Assembly: GCA_023213395.1 (NCBI GenBank)
Contig: CM041465.1
Location: 220,975,741 to 221,039,740, forward strand
Direction of reading: 5' to 3'
DNA length: 64,000 nucleotides
Source of the DNA: Cycas panzhihuaensis
Taxonomy: Eukaryota > Plantae > Cycadophyta
Shown here: positions 52,663 to 64,000 of the stretch, one piece after another
How positions within the stretch are numbered: the first letter of the stretch is position 1
Layout of the letters: each line of letters starts with the position of its first letter
Made by a program: the position numbers and the translations under genes
The notes under the pieces: model-generated
What the model saw: only the letters and a program-made list of their open reading frames with translations
Told to the model about the DNA's origin: nothing
Database searches by the model: none

Positions 52663-53934
52663 GTAAGTAGTTCTTTGCCCGTTGAGGCTGAATCATTTTC
52701 ATGTCAAAGGACTTCTTCATTGGGACTTGCTTTGCCCTCTTCTTAGTGTAAGAGTTCAGACTCAGATGGTTGAAACTATTCTCTTTCAAGAATAGTAACC
52801 ATGGCACCATCACACTCTGCATATTTCAACTTGCATAGAACTGTACTAATAGAAGAATGCAAAGACAGAGTTCACCAGTAGAATCACTACTGCAGAAGCA
52901 AATCAAATATGAGATCTTCTATCGATTCTCAGGTTAAAGAAACAATTACGGATGGAGAGGAAGCAGAAACCAAGGCTTCATATGAGAAGGTGGTTGTAAA
53001 TGCATCAAATCTTTCTCAATATGTTGTAAGTAGAAACCAAGATTTCATAGTGAAAGAATTTATGATCAAACACTTATTGGTATTGTTATGGGTCATGCAT
53101 GCAGAGACAATGATGGGTGGAGTTTCAATTCAGCAATCCTATTTGCAAAGGATCATACACGATTATTTTGACTCTGATGAAATCCTTCTTAACATAAGTT
53201 TGGGCCACCAAATATGGGATAGAATATCAATATAATTTTTGTTTAAAAAACTAATGTAAATGGATGTTGTTGTAGCTAATATTGAATTTCTGATTTCAAA
53301 CTGGGGCTTAGATGATTTTGCTAACATAAGGTAATAATCTCTTGAGTAGTTTAATCTTTGGATATCCCCTGATTTGCCTTTTTGCTTTCTTGAATAATCA
53401 AGGCTTAGAGCAGTATATTCTTTCAATATAAGCTAGTGCTCAATTGAGAACTGTGTATTATGATTTTGGTGCTTGATGCAAAATCACAAGAAAGGAAAAT
53501 CCTCAAAGTTTGGCACCTTGTTAACAAGGAAAGTGGCTCAAAGTCAAATTTCTCTTTGGAAAATAAAGAGACAACCCTAAATGAGATCTAAAGGCAGCGT
53601 GTTAATAGTAAATGAGAATGGAATGACCTTCTAGTTTATAATATTTGGGAACTAACCAGTGGCTTGTTGTTTCAATTTGATGGTCTAAATATAGAAAAGA
53701 AGATGTTTTCCTTTGTCACATATAGAATATAATTTCAATGCAAAATTCTTTTGACTTAAGGGAAATTTCTCAAAATGAAATGGTTGTAGTGCTACTGTAA
53801 AATGACAACTGTTGATGTGTTTACAATATTTCTATCCAAGTAATTTTGTTGTAGTAATGAAATGGCACAAATGGAAACCTAAGTGCCAGAGCTATGTATA
53901 GCAATGTAAAGTATTTAGCTGTAATGTAATATAA

Positions 53935-54048
53935 GTTTCTGATATTTCAAAGATGATTTTAGAAGCAAAGGATAATGTGAAGTTTTTGACAAGTCTTGAG
54001 CACTATTTCAAGATAATCTCTAGTGGACCTTTGCTAAGGGTTCTTGAA
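53935..54048 (+). pseudogene. Captured fragment of axonemal inner-arm dynein heavy chain (1-alpha/DNAH10-like, DHC_N1 region)
   Basis: VSDISKMILEAKDNVKFLTSLEHYFKIISSGPLLRVLE versus the remembered DHC1-alpha/DNAH10 motif EAxDNVKFLxTLERHFKNIxxGPLxxILD. Confidence 0.78.
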
Positions 54049-55308
54049 AATAGTACACAAATATTTTCTATTTACAATTTGGATTGTTTATGGATTATTT
54101 TTTTTGAAAATAATCACAAATATAAAATAGAAAATGCTTGGAGACTATTTTCAGCCCAACAATCAAGCTCAATATGAGAACAAGCTTTCAATGCTATAAA
54201 GTTTTAAGTTCTGAGGGAGTAGATCTAAGTATATTGACAAAAAATATATAAAAAATGTCTGTAAATTTGTATTTGAAACAAACTTTCAAATATGTAGTAG
54301 ATATATCAGTAATATGTGTTTGAATATGCAAAAAAATATGAAGAACCTGGTAAACGTGGTTGTAGCTGATTTATAGACTTGCAGAAATAAAATCTCTTGC
54401 ATAGCTTCTCCAGAAGGCTGAATATACCTAAAACAAAATGTAGATCTATAAAAGAACTTGAAAATATAGTCAAATATGTGATGAAAAATACAGATCTGAA
54501 ATGAAATATAGTAGCTCCGAACCAAATGTTGTAGATCTAAAATAAATATGCCATAAAATGTTGTAATAATTTTTTAAAGAAGCAGATATGTACTAAATGT
54601 AACAGAAAATGCTAAAAAAACTTGATAAAATAAGTAGATCTTAAGCTAAATATTACAGATCTGACATAAGTATAACAGATCTAAAAAATATAAGGCAGAT
54701 CTTGAAGAAATATAGCTTAAATCTGAAAAAAAACTTTAGTAAATATTGTATGCAGTTGTAATCCTATGCAGATCTGCAAAAATATAGGATACATAAATAG
54801 AAATCTGCTTGAAAAATGCAAAATATTTGATTAAAAAAATATAGATCTGAGAAAATATATCACAAATATGAAGAAAGCTTGTATAAATCTTGTATGTAGC
54901 TGGAAATCCTTCACAAATCTTTGAAAAAATGTAGCTTGTAGCTGAAATCTGTTGATCTCCTTCATAGATCTAGAAATATAAACAAGAATTTGCCCAAAAA
55001 TGGTGAAATATATGATAAAAAAATATAAATATAAAGAAATATAGCTCAAATCTGAGAAAAAAAATTGGATAAATGTGGCTTACTACTGAAATCCTTCACA
55101 AATCTGTGAAAAAATATGAAATATCTCTGTTATTTATTAAATATAATTTAATAATAAGTAAATCTTGATGAAAAATATATGAAACTTGCTGAAAATTTTG
55201 CAAAAAATAAATATAACCAGTATTTTGCTTTTGAGAAAATCAGCTTCAAAAGATTCCAAAAAATTTTGTTGCTCTACAAAGAAACTTCAGCAGGCCAGTA
55301 ATCATCTA

Positions 55309-55403
55309 CTCTGATACCAAATGTAGGAAAAATAATATAGCTAAACTAAGCTCTGATACTAAATGTAGAAAATAAAGTAGCCCCAAATAGCTCTGATACC
55401 AAA
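55309..55403 (-). promoter_or_regulatory. Array of three tRNA-Met primer-binding sites (copy 2)
   Basis: ctctgatac(c/t)aaatgt starts at 55309, 55351 and 55391 (period 42, 40). Confidence 0.92.
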
Positions 55404-55822
55404 TGTCAGAAATAGAATTGCAGGAGAACATGGCAGAACATATAATAATCTTCAATACATTAATACAAATAATAAATCTTTAATACATCGATGCTGCAAT
55501 ATTGCATAAACCATGAAAGCATTGTATTCAAGCCATATTGGGAGAAGTGAGCATTACAAATTTCCCAAATGAGGGCAGTGTCTAAAGACACTAGGGTTGC
55601 ACACTCCTCAATATTTATAATTTTGGGGGAGGAGGGAATCTCCTCAACCCCTAAAATTTAAATTAATAATAAAATAATGCTAACTTAACTTAAATGAAAG
55701 TAACTTAAATTAACATTAACTTACCTACACATGTTGAGCACCTACATGTGTAAAATAAGGTTGATGAGATGTACAATCTTGGTTGGAATGTGGGAGTGGA
55801 GTGATGATAATTAACTCTAACA

Positions 55823-58762
55823 AAGATAAGTTCAACTCCTTGGAGTTTGAGAACTATTGCAGAGAAGCTGGGATCGAAAGGCATAAGACCACTAGCTATA
55901 CTTCGCAGCAGAATGGCATAGCTAAGTGCATGAATATGACACACTTGGAAAGAGCAAGAGGCATGCTAAGTAATACATGAGTGGAGCAGGGCTTATGGGC
56001 CGAAATTGTTCAAACAACTTGTTATTTAGTAAACAGGTCACCATCACTTACAATAGATTGTAAGATTCTTGAAAAGGTATGGACTGGAGATCCATGTGAT
56101 TATTCAAATGTGAATGTTTTTAGTTATGATGCTTATGCTTTGACTGATAAAAGTCAATGTTCAAAGTTAGACCCAAAATCTAAGAGATGTATCTTTGTTG
56201 GTTATGGTGATAGAGATGGTGTGAAGGGATACAGGTTGTGGGATCCTACTGCCCACAAAATCACTATTAACAGAGATGTTGTATTTGATGAATCTCCCTT
56301 TCTAAAATTAGACAGTGTAGAAGTTGAAGTGAAATAGGAGCAGAAAGTTGATCATCAACAGGTCAAGTTTAAAACCCAGCCATCTTTGGAAACACAAGAG
56401 CAGAAAGATTTTTCTGAAGATGAATCTGTAGTAGATTTACAAGAGAATGTGGACACTCCTCCACCTACTGTTAGAAGATCTATACGAGTTAGTCATCCAC
56501 CTAACATGTATAACCCTTCTATTTCTATTGCTTTGTTTTCTAATGATGGTGAGCATACATGCTATCAGGAAGCAGTAGATGATACCCATAGTGAGAAATG
56601 GAAGAGGGCTATGTAGGAAGAGATAAATGCTTTGAAGAAAAATAATTCGTTGGACTTGGTAGAACTTCCATATGGCAGGAAGATTGTTGGTTGCAGGTGG
56701 GTTTTCAAGAAGAAAACATATGTTGATAGAAAGGTTGACAAATACATGGCAAGAGTGGTGGCTAAAGGCTTTGCACAGAAAGTAGGTATTGATTTTCATG
56801 AGATCTTTTCACCACTTGTCAAACTTATTTCAATTCGAGTTTTGTTAGCATTGGTAGCTTCTCTTGATTTAGAGTTGGAGTAGTTAGATGTAAAAATAAC
56901 TTTTCTACATCGAGATTTAGATGATGAGATCTATATGGATTAGCTAGAAAGGATTGTACAGGATGATAAAAAAAGACATATTTACAGGCTCAGGAAATCA
57001 TTGCATGGCCTGAAGCAATCACCCAGACAATGGTATAAGAAGTGTGATGCCTTCATAGAGAGCCAAAATTTCAAAAGAAGTGAGTATGATCATTGTGTTT
57101 ATTTTAAATTCTTAGACAATAACTTATTCATTATCTTGGTATTGTGTGTTGATGACACACTAGTTGCAAGCAAGAGCAGGTAGAAATCAACAAGTTAAAG
57201 TCTCAATTGGCTAGGACTTTTGATATGAAAGATCTAGGAGCTGCAAAATAAATCTTAGGCATGGAGATACATAGAGACAAGAAAAATGGTAAGCTATGGT
57301 TATCACAACAAAAATATATGGAGAAAGTACTAACCAAGTTTAATATAGCAAATGTGAAAGCAGTGAGTATCCCATTGGTTTCCCATTTCAAGCTTTCTTC
57401 AAGTATGAGTCCTAGTAATGAAGAAGAAAACTATTATATGTCTCGTGTGCCTTATGCCACTGTAGTAGGAAGTTTGATGTATGCCATGGTATATACAAGA
57501 CCTGACATTTCACATGCAATCAGTGTAGTTAGGAGGTTTATGGCAAATCTAGGAAAGGAACATTGGGTAGCAGTGAAATATGTGCTTCAGTATTTGAGAG
57601 GCACAAGTAACTATTGCATTACTTTTAGAGGTACATGTAATCAAGTTTATAGATATGTTGATTCAGACTTTACATGGGATTTATATAAGAGAAGGTCTAC
57701 TACAGGTTATGTATTCACTCTTGCAAATGGTCAAGTTAGTTGGATGTCAAAATTATAGAGCACAATTACATTATTGACTATAAAAGCTAAATATATTGCT
57801 GCAGCACATGCTTGTAAAGAAGTAATATGGTTATAGGGTCTATTGGTTGAGCTTAGATGGAAACAAGAAAAGGTAAAGGTATTTTGTAACAGTCAAAGTG
57901 CCATTTACTTAGTAAAGAATCTAGCTTATTATAGTAGGACAAAGCATATTGCTCTTAAGTACCATTTTGTTAGACAGGTTATGGAAGTAGGTGGAGTAGC
58001 ACTTGAGAAGGTTAACACAAAGCATAATTGTCCTGATATGTTCACAAAACTAGTACTATTAGAGAAGTTCAAATGGTGTTTGACTTCTCTTGGCTTGCAG
58101 AAAAGGTGATGAATGGTTTAGGAAATGTATCATGTAAATTATTGTCAAGGTGTAGATTGTTAGATAATATGATAATAATGTTTTGGAGGCTAAAATTTTG
58201 GTAGGTTGGCAGCGCAGTTTCTCCTCCAAACTTCTGCGAGGGATTCCAAGGGTGGCGGGAGCCCCCCTTGGCCGCGGGGTGCCGGGGGGGTGTCGGGGGT
58301 ATTGGAACACCCCTTGCAAAGAGGGGGTTTGGGGGTGATAGTCCTTGACCAAAAAATTTAGTACTGAAAAGCATACTAAATTGTAAAGAGAATTAGGGTC
58401 GTTCGTTCAAAATACTCTTGATTCTATGGTCAAGAGTTGTGCCTTGTATAATTTTATCATGTAACCCGATTTAGGGTGTTTTTTCATTATGTTGATGGTG
58501 TTCGATATATTGGATGTACTATGAGGAGTTGGTCAGCTGGTTGTTGTTGCTGTGAGCATTCAGCTATAAATTGTGTACATTTCTCCATTCTATGATAATA
58601 AAGATTGATACCTTTCTTGTGTGGATGTTTCTCTAGCACACTGCTAGGGTTTTACCACGTTATGTTAGGTGTATATGTGATGCTTGGCTTTCTTATTCAT
58701 TTTATTATATTATCTTTGGTTTAAGAACTTGCATGTTAAATTTCAGTTTTGATTCCTATAAC
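55823..58762 (+). mobile_element. 3' half of a Tork/Tnt1-like Copia (integrase C-half, RT, RNase H, PPT, 3' LTR)
   Basis: Motifs EFENYCREAGIERHKT..QQNG; LWAE..CYLVNRSPS; KLDPKSKRCIFVGY..GYRLWDP; GLKQSPRQWYKK; DMKDLGAAK*ILGM; RRSTTGYVF; RTKHI. PPT caaggtgtagat ends at 58157; LTR ~58158-58762 has a GC-rich tract. Confidence 0.93.
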
Positions 58763-58821
58763 TAGTTGTAAAATAGTTTAGATCTTGGTGGCGGTTTTAG
58801 GTTATTGGGACCTTGTTTTCT

Positions 58822-58823
<2 letters not shown>

Positions 58824-58910
<87 letters not shown>

Positions 58911-58946
58911 GACATGTATACACACACACACATATACTCACGCATA

Positions 58947-58977
<31 letters not shown>
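58824..58977. repeat. Compound microsatellite (AT)n(GT)n(AT)n..(AC)n plus A30
   Basis: Directly visible. Confidence 0.97.
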
Positions 58978-58981
<4 letters not shown>

Positions 58982-59068
58982 TAATCCAATAAATCATAAC
59001 TTTAAGAAGTATATATATTTTTTCGAAATAAGTGTGAAGGCATTTTATTAACAATGATTTTGAATCCC

Positions 59069-61000
59069 TTTTTTTGATAAGTAAAATCTTTGTAAAGTGG
59101 GGTTGACCCTTCGGTGTAAGGCGCCACAAGATAATGGGAACTATTCCATCGAAATTGCCTAGCATTTACACTTGGCCTTGTCCACTTCAGAGACAACACT
59201 AAAACATTGCTTCACTTCCTTCGAAAGCATGAAAGAGTTTACATAGGATTATATGATACTTAAAAAGATGGAATAACCTACAAGCATTGACACAATATTT
59301 CAACTTGAAATTATATATCAATACCACCATGAACTCCATGAAAGCTCGAGTTTGAAGTTGTTATAAGCCTGTATAAGTCTTGCATCCATTGATAAAGAAT
59401 ATTTATGCACCAAGCCACCATCATCAAAAGGTGTGAGGGACATTTTGATGTAGAGTGTATCAACCTTCTTAGATCTAAAACATGATAGTCAAAAAGATCA
59501 GTACTCACCACACCTCGTACTTGGTTCCACAAATTACACATGGCCCTATAAGGAATGATGTGTGACCAATGCATTTTCATATTTGAATGAAAGAACACTT
59601 ACTATCATACTCACCTTGCTCTAAGTCAAAGGGATTTTCTATATGACTTTTCTAACAACATATCACAATATTGATTTGCATCGATCTTCACCATGCCACT
59701 TGAAAAAGTTGATGCCAACAAGTGACCATATGGCAACTATCTCAATACCGATATGAAACATCATTAAGAAATCAGAGTCGCCATGCACTAAATCACGTGA
59801 GGTCCCAATCCAAATAGATAAAGTTACTACCATTTGCAGCCACTAAGATCTTTCTCAGAACTGCCTTATATCCAACCAAGCTTGGATTGCTTGCACTCAC
59901 ATTAAGCATGGATCAAAACAACAATTACTCCACCAAATGCCTCCAAAGATAAATTGACAATCATCACAAAATGGTTACAAACCACTGATTCTCATACGAC
60001 AATAATGGCAAGTCTATTTTAAGCCCACCATTTGTAATTACACCCTCCTCGAGCGAAGACATGTCCATTTCTATAATATCATAGGCATATATATAATACA
60101 TATAATGTACAACTCCATCGGATCACCAACAACAGATATTTGACATTACTAGCAATGGCACATTGAATTCCCGAACAAAGGTTTCCTTTGAAAAATGGAC
60201 GAAGTAACCAATTGGTATGATAGGGACATGTGCTCATGAGTTTCTCTTGCATTCCGTTGAAGACCTCAGCAAACGTAATGGCGGCAACTCATTGCTTAAT
60301 TACGCCTATGAGCTCTTTCTCAGACATAGAAACGTCCTGATAAAAAATGGACAGTTTTCACCCAAATTCCTGTGATCTCTTTTCCAAACAAAGAGTTAAT
60401 ACTCCACGTAGGAGAGGGACTAATCACATATGAGCAAGTGTGCAACGCCAGTGAATATGATCTTCCGAATGTCAGAGCTGGTTCAGACGGACTGAAGTGC
60501 TGATTGAAATCTCGCCATGGGTCAACCGCCGAACTCCTTTTCCGAACAAACGAGGAACAACTGAGTCATTAGTAGAAGGAAGACCATCGGTTGACACTAC
60601 AGACCGACAACACGACGGTAGATCAGCTGACCCTAAAGCTATGGTCGATCGACCCAAAGCAACATAAGCCACCAACCAGATCGCACGCCCCTCGACCCTG
60701 AAAAACCATAAAACTCAAGCAATACGGTAAAACCACCAAACCACGTGCATGGCCAATAGTGACACAAAAGCCATGGTGAATACTTAAAACACCTATGATA
60801 TAACAAGCTTCCTATGGCTTCGCAAGGTGCACAATTGAGAGCACTAAATGTCAATGAAAGAAGCGATGTAGCTTGGCAAACATGTGGCTATCACCAAAGC
60901 AAATGTTTTGCCTTTGACCTATTTAGGACCTATTGCGCTAGCCCTAACACACAACCCCACATAGCCAGGATCTTTGTTCATTCTCTTATCACAATTTTAT
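59069..61000 (-). mobile_element. Possible non-LTR retroposon with an L1-like 3' tail; body unidentified
   Basis: Minus-strand end aaccccactttacaaagattttacttatc(A)7 resembles the L1 tail. Raised GC. No TSD or protein motif confirmed; 5' boundary is a guess. Confidence 0.4.
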
Positions 61001-61207
61001 TGTGCAATAATTCTATTCTTAAGTTAGCCAAGTCATTTGCTTAAGAATTTTTAAGGTGTGGTACAAATCAACACTTTAGAATCTTTGAACCATACTTATT
61101 ATCTCCTTGTAGTGTAACTTTAGATGTAGTCTTTTAGGTTCAAAATGTTTTTTAATAGTTTTAAAAATTACCTTCGAGTCATCCATTACTATTAACTATT
61201 GCAGGTT

Positions 61208-64000
61208 TGTTGGGTGTAATGTCATCACTCAACTCCCTCTTACCTACCAGGATTGTGCACCTCAATTTAGACATGTGATGCTCAACATGTCAAGGTAAGT
61301 TAAGGTAAGTTGAGTTAGTTTCATTTGAGTTAAGTTAGTATTATTTTATTATTAATTTGAATTGTGGGTTGAGGAGTTTCCTCCTCCCCAAACTATAAAT
61401 GTTAAGGGGTGTACAACCCTGGTGTTTTTAGACACCACCTACTTTTGAGGAAGATTTGTAATACTCATTCTACTACAATGGATTGAACAACAAGGCTCTC
61501 ATGTGTTTATGCTATTGTAATAGTGATATACTGCTGTATTGATGCAATACTAGTTTATACTTATTTGATATATGTTCTAACCTGTTAGTTTGCAAGCATA
61601 TTTTCCTACATTTGGTATCAGAGCATAGTTCTTGCAAATATATTTTCCTTCATTTGGTATCAGAGCACTTTGGCTCCATATTTTTTCCATCATTTGGTAT
61701 CAAAGCATAGTTCTTGCAAATATATTTTCCTACATGTGGTATCAGAGCAGGCGATTACTGACCTGCTGAAGCTTTGAAGAAGAGCACTAAGATCTACTGG
61801 CACTCTACAATAGATTTCTTTTACAAGCAATATATATTAACTAGATTTATTTTCTCAGCAGATTTTGATTATTATTGAGCTATATTTCTGGTTCAACAAA
61901 TATTACTGAGATATATTTTCAGATTTGTGCAGATCTACAAAGGTTTTTTCAGCAGCAAGTGATATACATCCAAGCTTATTCTTATATTTGAGTTATTTTC
62001 TATTCAGATCTACAGATTTATCATATATTTTGACAGTTTACAAGTTTTTTTATCTACTTATTTGATATTTTTTGTAGATTTGCAAAAGAGCATCAGCTGC
62101 ATATAAAAGTTATCAAGTTTTTTTCAGAGATCTAGAACTTGTTACTTCAGATCTGTTAACTTTATTATAAATCTACTTATTGTATCAGATTTTCCAGCAT
62201 TTTCTATTACATTTAGTTCAAGATCTGTTATATTTCATTTCAGATTTATATTTTCCATTATATTGTTTAACTATATTTTCAAGTTTTCTACAGATCTACA
62301 ATTTCTGGAGTATATTTAGCTTTTTTGAGAAGAATACATTGCAGATCTGTATATTGGAAGCTTTTGAAGCTTATTTTCAGCTACAAAGACAGCCACAGCT
62401 GCGTGTTCCAGGTTCTTCAGTTATTTTTCAGTTCTAAAACACATATTTTTTGATATATCTTGCTCGAGTATATTTGAAATTTTTTTGATTTTTGCATAAC
62501 CTTGAAATATTTGGTTCTTCTTTTAAATATAAACATATATTTCATGTATTCGATGCATTTTTGTGGATACACTTAGCAATTTGATTATTTTCCTAGATAT
62601 ATTTACAAATCTAGCTATCTTCGTGGATATATTTCAAAAAAAAAAATCTAATTTATTGGATATATGTTGGATACAGATTCTGTTGAAAGGTTTGTACTTA
62701 TATAGATCTGTTTTTAGTACTATTACAGAAGAAAATTAATCCCATCCAAGAGATCTTGAATATATTTCTCAAAAATCCATGTTATTTGATATGTTTGTAT
62801 AATCAGCCTGGAAAGCATATAGATCTATTTACAGTGCTATAAAGAGGCTTGTTGATCACTTGCAGACATAAAGAGAGACATATAGCCAACAGAGCATTCA
62901 TTTGCTCATCCTTCATTGCGCTTTTAACTCTTACAACTGCTTCAAGAGTTTCTCATTCCTTTTACTAGTCAGGATCTCGTCCTTTTTTGATCGAGCCTGG
63001 ATTCTTGTTTCCTTCAAGCTCACGACATTCGTGACCTCATCTGCTTATTTGCAATCTTTTTTCGTTTTTACTAGTCTTCAAGGTAATTGAAGATCCAAAC
63101 AAACATATATATAACCATTTATTTAGTCCATCAAAGTTTAAGCCAGCTTTCCTATCCTATGCACTCTACATTCAGACAGTGCCTCTCTACGTTATTGCCA
63201 CTCCTAAATATATATATATATATCCGTTTGTTCCATCAATCTTCCATCAATCTAAACCAACTCTCAGCTCTCTTCCAGACTCTAGTGTGTTAGCCTCCGT
63301 GTTATCTCTTTGCAATCAGTGCCTTCGTTTATAAGTCTCAGTCTGTGTCACTCGCTTCTCCGTGATCGGGTCAGGTTGCTCGCCGGCACTGCTAGCGCCC
63401 GTCTCTTCGTGCCTCGTTATCGCCCCATTGCGGTCCATATTTATCGGCTCATTAACCCTACGTTTTATATCGCGTAGCCCGCTCTGCTCCGCCCATTCGT
63501 TCTACTGCGGCTGCGTGTGATCATACGGGACTACCGTCCATTCGTTCTGCGTATAAAGGGTGCTACTGCCGTATGTAGCGTGCACCCCGTCTGCTGTTAT
63601 AACAGCGCCGTGATAAGCCCGTCTTTTGGCTCTCGGCTACGGTTTCATTGCAGCCCGTATATTGTATTATTCGCCATTGTATTGTATATTATTGTCGCCT
63701 TTGCTTTGAATAGATTGCCTTTATTCGTCAATCGCCTTTTTTGCGTCTCGGCGCTAAGGCGTTCCTTCACTCGCCTGCCGCTCCTGGTCCTTGCGTCGCC
63801 CGTTACTGGTTGGCTCAACGCTCAGCTCTCCGTCTCCTCGGTCTGCAACGGGTGCATCTCGCGACTCGTGCTCCGTCGCCTCGCCCGCCTTGCCTCGCAA
63901 CCTGGGGTGCGTCTCGGTTCTGCCATCGACTCGTGCTCCGTCACCTTGGGCTTTTCGTCCGCCCGTATATACATTTATACGTTTTGCATTTAAGACGACC
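61208..64000 (+). mobile_element. Same family, copy 3 (5' LTR, quadruple PBS, leader); runs off the window end
   Basis: LTR 61208-61610 is the reverse-complement homologue of 49890-50326. Leader 61749-~62760 is homologous to the AGATCT-rich leaders of copies 1 and 2. Confidence 0.88.
61613..61748 (+). promoter_or_regulatory. Array of four tRNA-Met primer-binding sites (copy 3)
   Basis: TGGTATCA(G/A)AGC at 61613, 61655, 61695 and 61737, each preceded by ttttcc..ca plus 2 nt (period 42, 40, 42). Confidence 0.95.

Larger units (their letters stand above)
50818..55822 (-). mobile_element. Same family, copy 2 (5' LTR, triple PBS, leader, different cargo); 3' LTR not visible
   Basis: LTR 55404-55822 is homologous to 49890-50326. 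Leader ~54250-55308 is homologous to ~48850-49875. Conserved block at 50863-51972. Confidence 0.85.

Noticed and set aside
52510-52746. Functional CesA gene with downstream exons
   Set aside because: Only 51 codons match, a zinc-finger Cys is mutated to Tyr, and no further CesA exons are visible.
22680-55830. Copia at 19817-22730 and Copia at 55823-58762 as two halves of one split element (both break near the integrase DNG motif)
   Set aside because: LTRs do not match, decay levels differ greatly and no shared TSD is seen.
55783-55980. LTR-integrase fusion ORF
   Set aside because: Chance read-through across the insertion junction at 55822 into a stop-riddled pol.
58762-59199. ORFs with CV/HT/poly-K/poly-F runs
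   Set aside because: Translations of the microsatellite and poly(A).
61601-61748. CRISPR array
   Set aside because: The repeat is the tRNA-Met PBS next to an LTR in a plant genome; spacers recur and resemble LTR ends; no cas genes.
63517-63993. 158-aa ORF as a protein-coding gene
   Set aside because: GTG start, no recognisable motif, and expected by chance in GC-rich sequence.

Overview
AT-rich plant heterochromatin with no intact host gene. It is a stack of nested, mostly decayed retroelements: Ty1/Copia, Ty3/Gypsy, L1-type LINEs and several gag-only non-autonomous LTR elements, many with LTR pairs, tRNA-Met PBS, PPT and TSDs still readable. The most notable feature is a non-autonomous Copia-derived family (~400-440-bp LTR) with three copies at 44846-50326 (-), ~50818-55822 (-) and 61208->64000 (+). 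First, two copies carry different host-gene fragments, antisense to the element and at the same internal position behind a conserved block. These are an hnRNP-like Gly/Tyr tail plus a crooked-neck fragment in one, and a CesA 5' end apparently lacking intron 1 plus an axonemal dynein heavy chain fragment in the other. Second, the family has a variable array of 1, 3 or 4 primer-binding sites separated by short LTR-end-like spacers, apparently growing at the LTR-proximal side. An unrelated element has such an extra PBS unit fixed in both LTRs. The dynein fragment points to a plant with flagellated sperm (cycad, Ginkgo, fern or lycophyte). All protein assignments are by eye from remembered family motifs; no database search was run.
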